From assembly GCA_965243625.1 (NCBI GenBank), contig CBDEVI010000002.1, positions 1,839,751 to 1,903,750 on the forward strand: a stretch of DNA of 64,000 nt. The letters run 5' to 3'. The first letter of the stretch is position 1, and each line of letters starts with the position of its first letter. This document shows, piece after piece, positions 62,727 through 64,000 of this stretch. A program made the position numbers and the translations under genes. The DNA is from Chloroflexota bacterium (lineage in GTDB: Bacteria > Chloroflexota > UBA11872). The notes beneath the pieces are model-generated. The model did no database searches. It worked only from the letters and a program-made list of their open reading frames with translations, and was not told where the DNA came from.

Positions 62727-64000
62727 ATGAAACGCCGCCTTCAGCTTGTCGGATTCGTGGCCGTGCCGCTTGGCGCCATCGCCTTGGCGGCGGTTGCCTT
62801 TCTGCTCGTCGTCAGCCTGCAGCAGCAGCTGGCGGACGCTACCGCGCGGGTCGACCGGCTCGAAGCCGCAGCCGCGGCTTTGGAGCCGCGGGTGCTTGCC
62901 CTGGAAGACGCGTCCACGTCGCTCGATGCGGTGCAACCCATGCTCAGCGCCCAACGTTTCCGCCTCGTGGACGACAGCGGCCAAGAGCGCGCGGTCCTGC
63001 AACTCGAAGAACACGGGCCGTCGTTGCGAGTTTTGGACGTGAGCGGCGAGTCGCAAGTGTTCATCGGCGTGACCGACACGGGGCCGGAGCTCACCGTCAA
63101 CGGCCCGGGCCAGACTGCGAAGTCCGCCCGCGCCACGCTGAAGCTCAACGCGAACGGCCTTCCCCACCTGGAAATGGTCGACCTGGAGGGGCGTCCGCGG
63201 ACGGCGCTGGCTCTCAGCTCCGTCTCCGGAAACGGCGATGGCTTCCTGCGTTTCTGGGATCAAGAGGGCGACCGGCGCCTGCTCGTGGGTGTGCGCGACA
63301 ACGCGCCCGAAGTCGTGCTGGCAGACAGGGAAGACATCGCGCGCGCGAGACTGAGCGCCGGCCCCTATGGACCGAGCCTCAAGCTCCACGATGCCACCGG
63401 CAGCTCGCGGGCCGACTTTGGCCTCACCGATTTCGGCGAGGTTGGGATTATCCTGAGGGGCGATGACGAGGAGCAGCGCGCCGCGCTCTTGGTCGATCCC
63501 TTCGAGACATCTCTGTCGTTCTTTGGGCCTCGAGGCGAGGTTCGTTCCGTCCTCGAAAGCGATGATGAAGGCTCGTCGCTCTTCCTCTTCGACGCGCACG
63601 ACAGCTTCAGCGTGTCCCTCGGAGTCTCGGACGATGGATCGGTCATGGGATTCTCCGATGAGACGGGCGCCATCCGCGCCGCGTTGGGCTTCGTAGGTCC
63701 TGGGCCTTCGCTTGAATTCGCCGACGCCGAGGGCACCGTGCGCGCGCACCTGAGCGATACGGCCGACGCCACCAGGCTCGTGCTTCAGGACGAGCAGGGG
63801 ACTCCAAGGACGGCACTCGGCATCACCGACGAGGGCGTGGTGCTGGGGCTGTTCGACGAATCCGGCACGCTGCGCACCAGTGTGGGGCAGACGCCGGAGG
63901 GCTCCGCGTTTGAGATCTACGATGCCCAGGGCACGGTGCGCGCCAATCTGGGCCTCTTGCAGGGCAGCCCCGCGCTTTCGCTGAACGACTCGTCCCAGAC
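62727..64000 (+). CDS. Membrane-anchored repeat protein of unknown function (N-terminal TM, coiled coil, then ≥10 tandem ~20-22-aa 'LxLxDxxGxxRAxLGxxDxG' units); 3' end beyond the window
   Basis: The frame is open from ATG 62727 to the window edge with strong GC3 bias. It is absent from the ORF track only because there is no in-window stop. N-terminal 'LVGFVAVPLGAIALAAVAFLLVV', then 'LQQQLADATARVDRLEAAAAALEPRVLALE' (coiled coil), then repeats such as 'VLQLEEHGPSLRVLDVSGESQVFIGVTDTGPELTV', 'RAALGFVGPGPSLEFADAEGTVRAHLSDT' and 'RTALGITDEGVVLGLFDESGTLRTSVGQT'. Confidence 0.5.
   Translation, partial: MKRRLQLVGFVAVPLGAIALAAVAFLLVVSLQQQLADATARVDRLEAAAAALEPRVLALEDASTSLDAVQPMLSAQRFRLVDDSGQERAVLQLEEHGPSLRVLDVSGESQVFIGVTDTGPELTVNGPGQTAKSARATLKLNANGLPHLEMVDLEGRPRTALALSSVSGNGDGFLRFWDQEGDRRLLVGVRDNAPEVVLADREDIARARLSAGPYGPSLKLHDATGSSRADFGLTDFGEVGIILRGDDEEQRAALLVDPFETSLSFFGPRGEVRSVLESDDEGSSLFLFDAHDSFSVSLGVSDDGSVMGFSDETGAIRAALGFVGPGPSLEFADAEGTVRAHLSDTADATRLVLQDEQGTPRTALGITDEGVVLGLFDESGTLRTSVGQTPEGSAFEIYDAQGTVRANLGLLQGSPALSLNDSSQ

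Noticed and set aside
62700-63749. 349-aa minus-strand ORF and 62711..63466 plus-strand ORF
   Set aside because: Both are alternate-frame or antisense Arg-rich translations overlapping the well-behaved open frame that starts at ATG 62727 (the repeat protein). That frame has proper codon bias, a TM helix and periodic repeats.

Overview
This is a ~64 kb, very GC-rich (~68-70 %) and gene-dense chromosomal segment. The organism cannot be named from the sequence alone. Leaderless/GTG/TTG starts and the gene content suggest an aerobic, high-GC soil or thermophile lineage such as Chloroflexota or Actinomycetota. I can support about 55 protein-coding genes and two tRNAs (Val-TAC, Phe-GAA). I see no rRNA, no CRISPR array and no transposase, integrase or phage gene. 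The main blocks, in order, are listed below.
- A MacB-type ABC exporter pair: the ATP-binding-protein tail plus its MacB/FtsX permease (1-1511).
- A complete imuA-imuB-dnaE2 SOS-mutagenesis cassette (1877-7543).
- A metal-dependent amidohydrolase with a genome-encoded C-terminal His6 tail, divergent from a RidA gene.
- DedA, a luciferase-like monooxygenase, modCBA (molybdate uptake), sthA and trpS.
- A NUDIX gene, a divergent 854-aa transketolase/phosphoketolase-like enzyme and PPK2.
- An MBL-fold hydrolase, an MTOX-like oxidase, an SLC13 transporter, a Zn-alcohol dehydrogenase, an orphan ABC ATPase, DtxR, alpha-glucan phosphorylase, ferredoxin, a secreted glycoside hydrolase and an SPFH protein.
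- tRNA-Val, a secreted NUDIX gene and tRNA-Phe.
- An accessory-looking ~15 kb cluster of tailoring/resistance-type enzymes (36.4-50.6 kb): two PhyH dioxygenases, GrpB, a BNR/sialidase-like protein, TauD, two methyltransferases, an ABC exporter, an APH-family kinase, a sugar-phosphate isomerase, an orphan ProX-like binding protein, FucU/RbsD, an Eis-like GNAT and a HAD hydrolase.
- A coupled membrane/hypothetical gene pair.
- Three cyclophilin lipoproteins with C-terminal Cys-loop tails, two of them in a ~95 % identical tandem duplication.
- PspC plus a toastrack (LiaF-like) envelope-stress pair, RraA, a lipocalin-like protein, an M24 peptidase, a TPP-dependent enzyme, a CN-hydrolase and a NYN-domain protein.
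- A large repeat-containing membrane-anchored protein that runs off the 3' end of the window.
Nearly every long intergenic region carries copies of a dispersed palindromic (MITE/REP-like) repeat family built around 'GTCATTCCCGCGAAGGCGGGAATCCA'. Read in frame, these produce the spurious 'WIPAFAGMT/VIPAKAGIQ' peptides. A second hairpin family, 'GGGCGGGTnnnnnACCCGCCCCTACC', also recurs. Many long ORFs in the six-frame track are antisense or alternate-frame artefacts of the high GC content and were rejected. CDS coordinates follow the ORF track, with start codons moved where the protein family or a signal peptide argues for it. Coordinates of non-coding features are approximate to within about 3 nt.
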